NCBI GenBank assembly: GCA_042217695.1
Contig: JBDGSE010000012.1
Span: 1 to 25,280, forward strand
Origin: Candidatus Nanohaloarchaea archaeon
GTDB taxonomy: Archaea > Nanohalarchaeota > Nanosalinia > Nanosalinales > Nanosalinaceae
Reading direction: 5' to 3'
DNA: 25,280 bases
The stretch's first letter is position 1. The number at the start of each line of letters is the position of its first letter. Shown here in pieces: positions 1 through 7,131 of the stretch. The notes under the pieces were generated by a model, which was given only the letters and a program-made list of their open reading frames with translations, was not told where the DNA came from and ran no database searches. Made by a program: the position numbers and the translations under genes.

Positions 1-54
1 GTAACTTCCGTTGGAAGAAAGTTCGCGTTCGCCGAGATCGAGGAAGAGGTCTAG
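1..54 (+). CDS. 3' end of a CDS running in from the left edge, probably a TRAM-domain RNA-binding protein (partial)
   Basis: Frame 1 reads VTSVGRKFAFAEIEEEV-stop (TAG 52-54). The KFAFAE ending resembles the C-terminus of archaeal single-TRAM proteins. Only 17 residues are visible. Confidence 0.5.
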   Translation, partial: VTSVGRKFAFAEIEEEV

Positions 55-71
55 AGCTTTTCCTCTCTTTA

Positions 72-108
72 CAGACCGTGCACAGCGGTCTGAATCCCGA
101 TTCTTTTT
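72..108 (+). terminator. Possible terminator: hairpin followed by a T-tract
   Basis: CAGACCG (72-78) and CGGTCTG (86-92) form a perfect 7-bp stem, followed by TTCTTTTT, just after the stop codon at 54. The T-tract could instead be part of the thiI TATA box. Confidence 0.3.
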
Positions 109-122
109 AATCAGACGACACT

Positions 123-1253
123 ATGACCCGCCACATACTTGTTAGATACGGTGAGATAGGTACCAAATCGGAGCCTGTCCGGGGAAACATGGAGAGCCGT
201 TTGAGGCAGCGGGTAGAAGACCGGCTGGAGTTCGAAGAGCTTGAATACGATCGCGTGGGAAAACACCACGGAAGGATAATCGTACACGACGTGGAAGAAT
301 CCGCGGCAGAGCACATAGCAGAGCTACCCGGCGTCTCCTCGGTTTCCCCATCGTTGAAGACCGACGCATCCATCGAGGCCCTGGAGGAACTCGTGGAAAA
401 GTTCGAAATCGGGGACACATTCGGGGTCGACGCCTCGACTGCGAACACCCAGATGTCCTCGCAGGAGCTGGAAAGAGAACTCGGGGCCCACGTAGAGGAG
501 TTAACCGGTGCCAGCGTCGACCTGGACAGCCCTGACACCTGGGTAAAGGTAGAGGTACGGAACAGGGAGGCTTACATGTTCACAAAGACTCTCCGGGGTC
601 CGGACGGGTATCCCGTGGGTTCGGAGAGCGGGCTTGCAGCTTTGATAAGCGGGGGCATAGACTCGCCCGTTGCCGCCCACGAGGCCATGAAACGTGGCTC
701 GGATATAACGCCGGTATACTTCTACAACAAACCTATCGCAGCGGAGGACCACCTCCTGAGGTTTCTATCCGCGGTAAATGAACTGGAGCGTTTTCACCCG
801 GCCAAGAAATGGGAGTACTTCGTGGTCGATATGGAGGAGGTCAACCGGGAGCTGATGAAGGTTGGCCGCGGCAGGATGGTGCTGCACAGGAGGATAATGT
901 TCCAGGTGGCCGAGAAGATCGCCGAAAAGGAAGGCCTGGAGGGAATCGTCACAGGAGAATCCATGGCACAGAAATCATCCCAGACACCTTCCAACCTGTC
1001 GAGAACCTCCTCAGCCGTGGAGAAACCGGTACACCGGCCGCTTCTGACATCCAACAAGAACGAGATCGTTGAGAAGGCGAAAGACATAGGCACCTTCGAG
1101 GATTCAACCATCGACTCCGCGTGCAGGACACTGTCGCCGGAAAACCCGGCCACAAGCATGACCGATGAGAAACTCGAGGAGCTGGTCGAAAAAGTCGATG
1201 AAGCACAACTTGTAGAGACCGCGCTTGAAAACTCTGAGAGGCACGAACTCTAG
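123..1253 (+). CDS. thiI: tRNA 4-thiouridine synthase ThiI (THUMP + PP-loop, no rhodanese domain)
   Basis: N-terminal ILVRYGEIGTKS, a THUMP region, PP-loop LISGGIDSPVA, TGES..Q..SQT, RPL and a C-terminal C..P..P.T motif. Confidence 0.9.
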   Translation: MTRHILVRYGEIGTKSEPVRGNMESRLRQRVEDRLEFEELEYDRVGKHHGRIIVHDVEESAAEHIAELPGVSSVSPSLKTDASIEALEELVEKFEIGDTFGVDASTANTQMSSQELERELGAHVEELTGASVDLDSPDTWVKVEVRNREAYMFTKTLRGPDGYPVGSESGLAALISGGIDSPVAAHEAMKRGSDITPVYFYNKPIAAEDHLLRFLSAVNELERFHPAKKWEYFVVDMEEVNRELMKVGRGRMVLHRRIMFQVAEKIAEKEGLEGIVTGESMAQKSSQTPSNLSRTSSAVEKPVHRPLLTSNKNEIVEKAKDIGTFEDSTIDSACRTLSPENPATSMTDEKLEELVEKVDEAQLVETALENSERHEL

Positions 1254-1306
1254 GAAAAACGTTCTCCCTTTCCCCCTGCCGACCCTTCATAAAGATATCA
1301 ATAAAG

Positions 1307-1314
1307 TTTTTATA
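1307..1314 (+). promoter_or_regulatory. Archaeal TATA box (with purine-rich BRE-like AAAG upstream) for the 1339 gene
   Basis: TTTTTATA lies about 25 nt upstream of ATG 1339, consistent with a leaderless transcript. Confidence 0.5.
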
Positions 1315-1338
1315 TGCTACAGTCCGATGAAAGGACTT

Positions 1339-1629
1339 ATGTCACTGAAAGAGACCAAGGAAGAGGCCGAAGCCGTACTTGACTCCGCCGAGATGACCCT
1401 TGAGACTTTTCCCCAGGGGGGCGAAACCAGGAGAGAACTTGAACGGAAAGTCCGGGAACTTGAATCAGAGCTGCAGGACGCCGACTCGGAAAGCGAGCTG
1501 AAGAAACTTATCCGGGATATCCGGGACCTTATGGAAGACCTTCAGGAAGAAGGCATGGAGACCGACCCGATGGGACCCGAGAGCATGGAAGACGACATGC
1601 CGCCGGAAGACGACGTACCTCCGTTCTAG
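1339..1629 (+). CDS. Small acidic coiled-coil hypothetical protein (96 aa)
   Basis: Typical acidic composition from MSLKETKEEAE. The ATG at 1339 (alternative 1327) is preferred over the TTG at 1225, which overlaps thiI. The protein ends in DDVPPF. Confidence 0.75.
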   Translation: MSLKETKEEAEAVLDSAEMTLETFPQGGETRRELERKVRELESELQDADSESELKKLIRDIRDLMEDLQEEGMETDPMGPESMEDDMPPEDDVPPF

Positions 1630-1632
1630 GCG

Positions 1633-2115
1633 ATGACACGCGAACTGGACGTCCGGAGACACGAGGTAAACGCGCTCAGGAGATGGCAACAGCACGTCCA
1701 CCCTGCAAGGGTCGCATTCAACATATTCTTTCTTACTCTTTCCAAATACCTGCCTCTACGCATCAAGAACGTCCTGCTGAGAGCGCTGGACCTCAATATA
1801 GGGAAGGACTCGGCCACAGGATTCGGGGTCACATTCGACATCCTGTTCCCCGAGAAGATTTCCATCGGTGAGAACACAACTCTCGGCTACGGGACAACGA
1901 TACTTGCACATGAGACCACGCAGGACGAGTTCCGGACCGGCGACGTAGATATAGGAGACAACGTTCTCATAGGCGCGAACACCACTGTTCTGCCAGGCGT
2001 GACGATAGGAGACGGCGCAACTGTGTCCGCGAATTCCCTGGTGAACCGCGACGTAGAGCCCGGAGAGTTCGTCGGAGGAGTCCCTGTCAGGAACCTCGAT
2101 GAAGACAGTATATAG
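1633..2115 (+). CDS. Hexapeptide-repeat (left-handed beta-helix) acyltransferase
   Basis: IG(D/E/K)xx hexapeptide repeats, and IGDNVLIGANTTVLPGVTIGDGATVSANSLVNRDV..GGVP. Confidence 0.88.
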   Translation: MTRELDVRRHEVNALRRWQQHVHPARVAFNIFFLTLSKYLPLRIKNVLLRALDLNIGKDSATGFGVTFDILFPEKISIGENTTLGYGTTILAHETTQDEFRTGDVDIGDNVLIGANTTVLPGVTIGDGATVSANSLVNRDVEPGEFVGGVPVRNLDEDSI

Positions 2116-2680
2116 CCGCGGCCAGTAGAGTTAAAGAAAACGCGGCGGCCATCGCCGGACTCACGGGATGCGTATGCTGGGCGTGGATCCAGGTATGCGT
2201 GTCCAGCACGTAATCCGCCGCGTCATTCACCAGTACTACGCCCGCAGCAGCCAGTAAACCCTTCATCTCGAACCCGCCGTAGTCCAGAACCAGGAACGCC
2301 TGTAAAGCCATCAACAGGTGGGAAAGGAGCAGGAAAAGGTACATCGCTGTCGAGTTCCCCGCGAAAAACGTTTCGAAGTAGAACAGCAGCACGAAAACGG
2401 TCCACAGCCCGTACTTGAAGTTGGCGATGAACGCCAGCGGTTCAAGAAAGAGACTTCCGCGGCCCCGGAGGAAATACAGGAGAGAGAACGCCATCAAAAG
2501 TGTCGCAAACGGGGAATCCGGTACAAACAGCCAGAGCGCCGGAGCGGTCTCACGGAACTGCGGAAGGTAGTAGTAAAAACCGAACAGTGCGCCGAGGACG
2601 TTCGCAAGCGCGATAGCAAGAACAGGTTTCCGGTCCAGCACCTTCTCCCTCACTGTTTCAGGAAAAACCTGTAAATCCAT
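2087..2680 (-). CDS. Integral membrane protein, DUF1405-like
   Basis: Several TM helices with the motifs GF.YY..Q, W.FVPDSP.A, KYGLWT, SH..M..Q and ND..DY. ATG at 2680 was chosen as the start. Confidence 0.8.
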   Translation of the reverse strand: MDLQVFPETVREKVLDRKPVLAIALANVLGALFGFYYYLPQFRETAPALWLFVPDSPFATLLMAFSLLYFLRGRGSLFLEPLAFIANFKYGLWTVFVLLFYFETFFAGNSTAMYLFLLLSHLLMALQAFLVLDYGGFEMKGLLAAAGVVLVNDAADYVLDTHTWIHAQHTHPVSPAMAAAFSLTLLAAAIYCLHRGS

Positions 2681-2719
2681 CACTGTACACTCCCCATTAA
2701 CTGTATTAGAAACCACAGG

Positions 2720-3334
2720 TTACTGCGCGGGCTGACCGGTGTTTTCAGGTGGTCCGCCAGCCTCGGCCGGCGCTCCAGATCCTTCACGCGGACCTGACTC
2801 GGAGATGACCGGTATCAGGTTGTAGCCGCCCGTACCCTTCTCCACAACGGTTATGTCGAAAACGAACTCCACGGTCTCGTTCGGCGCGACAGTGAAAGGC
2901 TTCGTGATCTGCAGCTTCTGGCTCGGGACCTTTACATCTACCTGGTGGCCGTCCACAGTTCCATCCACGTTCGCAACGTAAAGCTCTATCTTGCTGTAGT
3001 TGCCCGGTTCAAGCGGGTAGTCTTCGAGTATAGCGGTCGCGTTGTCGCCCTGCACTCTGGTCAGGTCAACCGTTGGAGTCCCGTTGAAACCTACCACGGT
3101 GAAGCCTCTGCTGGAGTTAGTACCGTTCCCGGCGGAGTGAATCCTCATCCTCGAGAAGGACACGTCCAGCTTCCCGAACTGCCCGATAGCGGACGGCCGG
3201 TCGGATATAAGCAGGCTGAACTCTCCCATCGAAACTCCTTCCCCGTCCGGAGTGCCGGAAGGGTTGAACAGGAAGAACAGCAGTACCAGTACAACAGCGG
3301 CACCCGCAACAAGGTAACCGGTTTCGATCTCCAT
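2720..3334 (-). CDS. Membrane-anchored secreted protein, DUF4382-like
   Basis: N-terminal hydrophobic anchor, then ISD.P, VDLT, GNYSKIELYV, VKVPS.KL.I and FVFDI.V...G.YNL.P. It has multiple N-x-S/T sequons. Confidence 0.75.
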   Translation of the reverse strand: MEIETGYLVAGAAVVLVLLFFLFNPSGTPDGEGVSMGEFSLLISDRPSAIGQFGKLDVSFSRMRIHSAGNGTNSSRGFTVVGFNGTPTVDLTRVQGDNATAILEDYPLEPGNYSKIELYVANVDGTVDGHQVDVKVPSQKLQITKPFTVAPNETVEFVFDITVVEKGTGGYNLIPVISESGPREGSGAPAEAGGPPENTGQPAQ

Positions 3335-3380
3335 GATAACTTCTTGGATTCCCTGCCTGATAAATGAAGGGGTAAAAAAT

Positions 3381-3551
3381 AAACGCCGGCGCCCGGATTA
3401 CTGAACGAACTGCCAAGCGAAGCAGTTCACAGTTCTAAACAACAGAACAAAAAACGCCGGCGCCCGGATTTGAACCCGAAGCTCGCCGCAAGGGAGCTTC
3501 TAAAATCAAATCCAAGCTTAGGCGTGAAACGCCGGCGCCCGGATTTGAACC
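3381..3551 (-). repeat. Three direct copies of the tRNA-Ser 3' end (one of them the real tRNA), separated by hairpin-containing spacers
   Basis: Plus-strand AAACGCCGGCGCCCGGATT occurs at 3381-3399, 3452-3470 and 3527-3545. The latter two extend identically through TGAACC. Periods are 71 and 75 bp. Confidence 0.92.
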
Positions 3552-3753
3552 GGGGAGGGACGGGTATGTCCCAGCAGATACTTCGGAAACTTCTGAAAGT
3601 TTCATCATCATAAACCGCACTCCGCCTTGCTCCGGCGGCTTCCGGTTTACTCTGCGCATCTGCCGAAAGCCATGCATCGCATGGTTTGACATGATCGAAC
3701 TTTGTGAAGTTCGCTCGAATCTGCCGCGTTCGGCCTGACTCCGCCACGCCGGC
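3530..3753 (-). tRNA. tRNA-Ser(CGA) with a 134-nt intron at 37/38 (exon 1 3753-3714, intron 3713-3580, exon 2 3579-3530)
   Basis: Acceptor stem GCCGGCG/CGCCGGC with discriminator G and D stem GCG/CGC. The anticodon arm after splicing is GCAGA-TTCGAGA-TCTGC, there is a long variable arm GGGAC/GTCCC, and the T arm is CCCGG-TTCAAAT-CCGGG. A BHB motif sits at the junctions (TTCG/CGAA helix, bulges AGC and GTA). CCA is not encoded. Confidence 0.93.
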
Positions 3754-3788
3754 GTGATGTAACTCTATGAGGTGTAGGGTGCGTGAAG

Positions 3789-3796
3789 TTTTAATA
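3789..3796 (-). promoter_or_regulatory. Likely TATA box of the tRNA-Ser gene
   Basis: Minus-strand TATTAAAA lies about 36-43 nt upstream of the mature tRNA 5' end. Confidence 0.4.
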
Positions 3797-3847
3797 GCTG
3801 AAGGATTTTGGGTAGAGCTTAAAGTCTTTCCCCTCTTAACAGGGGTT

Positions 3848-4525
3848 ATGCGCTACGGTTCAGTGATCTTTGACATGGACGGCGTGATACTGAATTCGCT
3901 GGTGGAGAACGAGAAATGGAAGTTTGACGCGGTACGACAGGCGTTAAAGGAGAAAGGGGTCGACCCGGAGGGCATGGACCGGGACGAACTGAGGGACATC
4001 CTCGGGGACAGAGGTTACTCTGCGGTCGTCAAGAAGTCCTCGGAGCTCGGCCTGAATCCGGGAGAGATATGGCAGCGAGTGGCGGAAACCACGACCCATG
4101 CCCGGCTACAGCAGATCGAGGACGGGAAGTTCGAGCTTTATCCGGGTGCGAAGGACGCTATAGAGCATCTATACGATGAAGACACCCAGATGGCGGTCAT
4201 AAGCAATGCGCCGGAATCCGCGGTGGAGGCCACTATGCGGATGTTCGACCTTAAACAGTACTTCGAGTTCTACCTTGGCGTGAGAAACTTCGAGGATCTA
4301 CAGGTGCGGAAACCTAACCCCAACCACCTGGAGCTGGCAAAAGCGGAGCTGAAGAGAGATCCGATGGCCTACGTCGGTGACGCGGAAAACGATGTAAGGG
4401 CCGCGAAGCGAGCTGAACTGGCATCTATCTGGGTGAACAGGGCGCGCGAGGAGATCGATATTGAGCCGGACTACGAGATGCAGAGGCTTGAGAGGCTTCC
4501 GGAGATAGTGGACGGTTCTAGCTGA
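3848..4525 (+). CDS. HAD-superfamily hydrolase (phosphoglycolate phosphatase-like, subfamily I)
   Basis: Motif I IFDMDG, motif II SN, RKPNP, and motif IV VGDAEND. ATG 3848 directly precedes motif I. Confidence 0.88.
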   Translation: MRYGSVIFDMDGVILNSLVENEKWKFDAVRQALKEKGVDPEGMDRDELRDILGDRGYSAVVKKSSELGLNPGEIWQRVAETTTHARLQQIEDGKFELYPGAKDAIEHLYDEDTQMAVISNAPESAVEATMRMFDLKQYFEFYLGVRNFEDLQVRKPNPNHLELAKAELKRDPMAYVGDAENDVRAAKRAELASIWVNRAREEIDIEPDYEMQRLERLPEIVDGSS

Positions 4526-4982
4526 TGTATTCGACAAAAGATAGTTCTCCAAGGTCTTCCCTGGCGACCTCCTCCCATTCCTCACCCCATTCCGGAAAGT
4601 AGCTGTCGCCCTCGTACTCTTCATGTATCTCTGTCAGGACCATCCTGTCCGCCTCGTCGAGAGCCTGCTCGTAGACCGAGGCACCGCCCGCGACATAGAC
4701 CTGGTCGTGGCCCTCCGCGAGTTCCCATGCCTCTTCAAGGTCTCCGGCTACTTCTGCGCCGTCGAGTTCCTCCAGTGTCTCGGATAGAACGATGTTGTCG
4801 CGGTTGTCCAGCGGCCTGTACTGCTCCGGTATCGACATGTACGTTCGACGCCCCATCACCACAGGGTTCCCGGTAGTGGTCTCGCGAAAGTGCTGCATGT
4901 CCTCCCGGTAGTGCCACGGTATGTCCCCGTCTTCTCCTATGACACCGTTCTCGGCTACCGCCGCGATTATTATCTTCTCCAT
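4518..4982 (-). CDS. folA: Dihydrofolate reductase
   Basis: IAAVAENGVIG..GDIPW...D..HF, VVMGRRT, RPL..R.NIVLS, GGA.VY and EGDSYFP. It lies directly downstream of thyA. Confidence 0.95.
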   Translation of the reverse strand: MEKIIIAAVAENGVIGEDGDIPWHYREDMQHFRETTTGNPVVMGRRTYMSIPEQYRPLDNRDNIVLSETLEELDGAEVAGDLEEAWELAEGHDQVYVAGGASVYEQALDEADRMVLTEIHEEYEGDSYFPEWGEEWEEVAREDLGELSFVEYIS

Positions 4983-4983
4983 G

Positions 4984-6012
4984 TTATTCCGCCACCTCGA
5001 AGTTTATCCCGTCGTACGGGTTGTATCCGCTAAGTTCAAAGTCTTCGAACTCCAGGTCCTCGAAGTGTCTGTCCGCTATCTCGAGTTCAGGGCGTTCCCG
5101 GGGTTCCCTGGAGAGCTGGAGTAGAAGCCCGGGCACATGATCGTAGTCCTCCTCTTCTTCCTCAGGCGCTTCCTCGAGCAGCCAGTCCCTGACCTCCAGG
5201 AATTCGTCACGGTCATCGACTCCCGCGACCCTCTCCTGTAACTCCTCCAGGTTTTCGTCTTCGGAGTACCATTCGGCGCGGTCGCCTTTACCCAGGTAGA
5301 TGTGCGCGTCGTCTATGGTGTGACCGAGTTCGCCCTCCTCGAAACCTGTCTCGTTCGACATTATCTTTGTCATTATGGAGTAGCCGGCGATGTTGAACGG
5401 GATTCCCAGGGCGATGTCACCTGAACGTTGCGTGAGCGAGACGTTTAACTCGTCGTCGATAACGTTCGGGTGGAACGTGTAGTGGCAGGGCGGCAGTCCC
5501 GAGGCGGCAGCGTTCGCCGGGTGCCAGGCGTTTATCGGCAACTGGCGGGAGTACGGATCTTTCTCCGGGTTTTCGCCGTTCAAAGTATCGATGACGTAGC
5601 CGAGCTGGTCAAACACCAGCGAGCCGTCCTCCTCGGTTACCCAGGGACTTCCCTCATCGACCCAGGTCTCGCCGTCGAGCTGTGCCCCCTCTTCAGGGAC
5701 GGGATAACGCCTCCAGAACCGTCCATACGCGGTGTCGAGGTGTCCCTCTTCGTCGGCCCATTCGTCCCAGATACCGGTCTCCTCCCGCAGGTTGCGTATG
5801 TGTTCCTCGCCGGAGAAGTACCAGAGTATCTCGTGTATCAGCGAGTTCCACCGGAACCCGGACAGATCTTTAGTGGTCAGAAGCGGAAACCCGTCGTCCA
5901 GGTCTATCCTGTAATGCTGGTTGGGTGCCGCTAAAGTAGGCACATCAGTCCGGTTTTGTTCGTAGCTTCCGTTTTCGAGAACGTCTTCAACAAGTTCATG
6001 ATACTGTTCCAT
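4984..6012 (-). CDS. thyA: Thymidylate synthase (ThyA type)
   Basis: NRT, GFPLLTTK, IWDEWA, YGRFWR, catalytic LPPCH, QRSGD..LGIPFN and DAHIY. The start is 6012 (alternative 6024). Confidence 0.95.
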   Translation of the reverse strand: MEQYHELVEDVLENGSYEQNRTDVPTLAAPNQHYRIDLDDGFPLLTTKDLSGFRWNSLIHEILWYFSGEEHIRNLREETGIWDEWADEEGHLDTAYGRFWRRYPVPEEGAQLDGETWVDEGSPWVTEEDGSLVFDQLGYVIDTLNGENPEKDPYSRQLPINAWHPANAAASGLPPCHYTFHPNVIDDELNVSLTQRSGDIALGIPFNIAGYSIMTKIMSNETGFEEGELGHTIDDAHIYLGKGDRAEWYSEDENLEELQERVAGVDDRDEFLEVRDWLLEEAPEEEEEDYDHVPGLLLQLSREPRERPELEIADRHFEDLEFEDFELSGYNPYDGINFEVAE

Positions 6013-6116
6013 CCATCCCCCCATGCTGTTTTGGTCCTCCAGCTACTTCAAATTTTCTCAGGACGGGAGCACAGGGTTTAAAAGGGTGGGCTCAGAGTGT
6101 ATTGAAGGGTCTTACG

Positions 6117-6782
6117 ATGTACGATGCAGCGATATTCGACAAGGACGGCGTTTTACTGGACTCTGTAGAGGACGGATTCAAATGGATGGATCGGATACGT
6201 GTAAGAGAAGCGGCCAGGATAGGTATAGATCTCACGATAGATGAAGCGGAGAGCATCGCCCACGCAAAATCTCGTGAAGAACTTGTCCAGTTCCTCAGAG
6301 AGAAGGGAATGAGCTGGAAACAGTTGATGGAGATAGAGTCCCGAGTAGAACGTGAGAAAAGAGGAAAGGTGAGAAACGGAGATATACAGCTTTTTTCACA
6401 GGTTCAAGATATTCTCGAGGGTACAAAACTGCCTAAAGCCGTCGTCAGCAACTCGCCGCGGACAACTACCGAGTTCGTCCTGAACTACTTCAACATAGAC
6501 AGATACTTCGACGCGGTCTACGCGCCGGAACTGGATCCGTCGGGCTCGTTCCTTGACCGCAGGAAGCCGAACCCCTCGATGCTCCGCGAGGCTGTGAACG
6601 CCCTGGAGGCCCGGAACCCGGTGATGATCGGGGATACCTCCGCGGACGTCCGGGCCGCAAAGAGACTCGGTATAGACTCTATACTGGTGGACCGGCACGG
6701 GCTCAGCGATCTGAACCCCACACACCGTGTCGACAGTCTTTCCGAGCTGAAGAAGCTTCTTATGCCCCGGGCCGTGAGTTAA
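6117..6782 (+). CDS. HAD-superfamily hydrolase
   Basis: IFDKDGVLLDS, VSNS, RKPNP and IGDTSAD. The start is ATG 6117. Confidence 0.87.
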   Translation: MYDAAIFDKDGVLLDSVEDGFKWMDRIRVREAARIGIDLTIDEAESIAHAKSREELVQFLREKGMSWKQLMEIESRVEREKRGKVRNGDIQLFSQVQDILEGTKLPKAVVSNSPRTTTEFVLNYFNIDRYFDAVYAPELDPSGSFLDRRKPNPSMLREAVNALEARNPVMIGDTSADVRAAKRLGIDSILVDRHGLSDLNPTHRVDSLSELKKLLMPRAVS

Positions 6783-7131
6783 GCGCGGTGGTCTCCGCGA
6801 ACCTTCTCGCTGAATCGTATACCATCATCGAAGTTATCACGGGTATGAGGAAACCCATCGCCCAGCCGAACGTTTCCAGGCTCTGTACAGGAGAGAATAT
6901 CAGTGCGATGCGGACCGCCATGCCGACCGCGTAGAACAGCATGGCGTACATCAGGTTTCTCACCGCCAGCGTGCCCTCGTCCCGGAGGAACAGGTATCTC
7001 AACGAGATATCGCCGTGCTCCCTGACGTTCCTAACTACCTTTAAAGCGTAGTAGAGGACCGCAAGGTATATCGCGGCGCCGAAAAACGTGTAGCTGAGGT
7101 AGGCCCAGTTCACCGGAAACGCCACCACCAT
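6760..7131 (-). CDS. Small membrane protein (about 3 TM), unknown function
   Basis: Three hydrophobic segments, and it fills the gap between known genes. The exact start is uncertain. Confidence 0.7.
   Translation of the reverse strand: MVVAFPVNWAYLSYTFFGAAIYLAVLYYALKVVRNVREHGDISLRYLFLRDEGTLAVRNLMYAMLFYAVGMAVRIALIFSPVQSLETFGWAMGFLIPVITSMMVYDSARRFAETTALNSRPGA

Noticed and set aside
3381..3551. CRISPR array (three repeats with unique spacers of similar length)
   Set aside because: The repeat is the tRNA 3' end itself, the spacers are about 50 bp and self-complementary, and no cas genes are in the window.
3580..3713. Intron as a canonical box C/D guide RNA, hammerhead ribozyme or group I intron
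   Set aside because: ATGATGA is present, but there is no CTGA box D in the sense strand and no CTGANGA hammerhead core. It is short for a group I intron, and the junctions are explained by a BHB motif.
3427..3747. ORFs 3427-3747 and 3435-3692 on the minus strand (possible intron-encoded protein)
   Set aside because: They run through tRNA exons and repeats, have basic non-halophilic composition, and show no homing-endonuclease motif.
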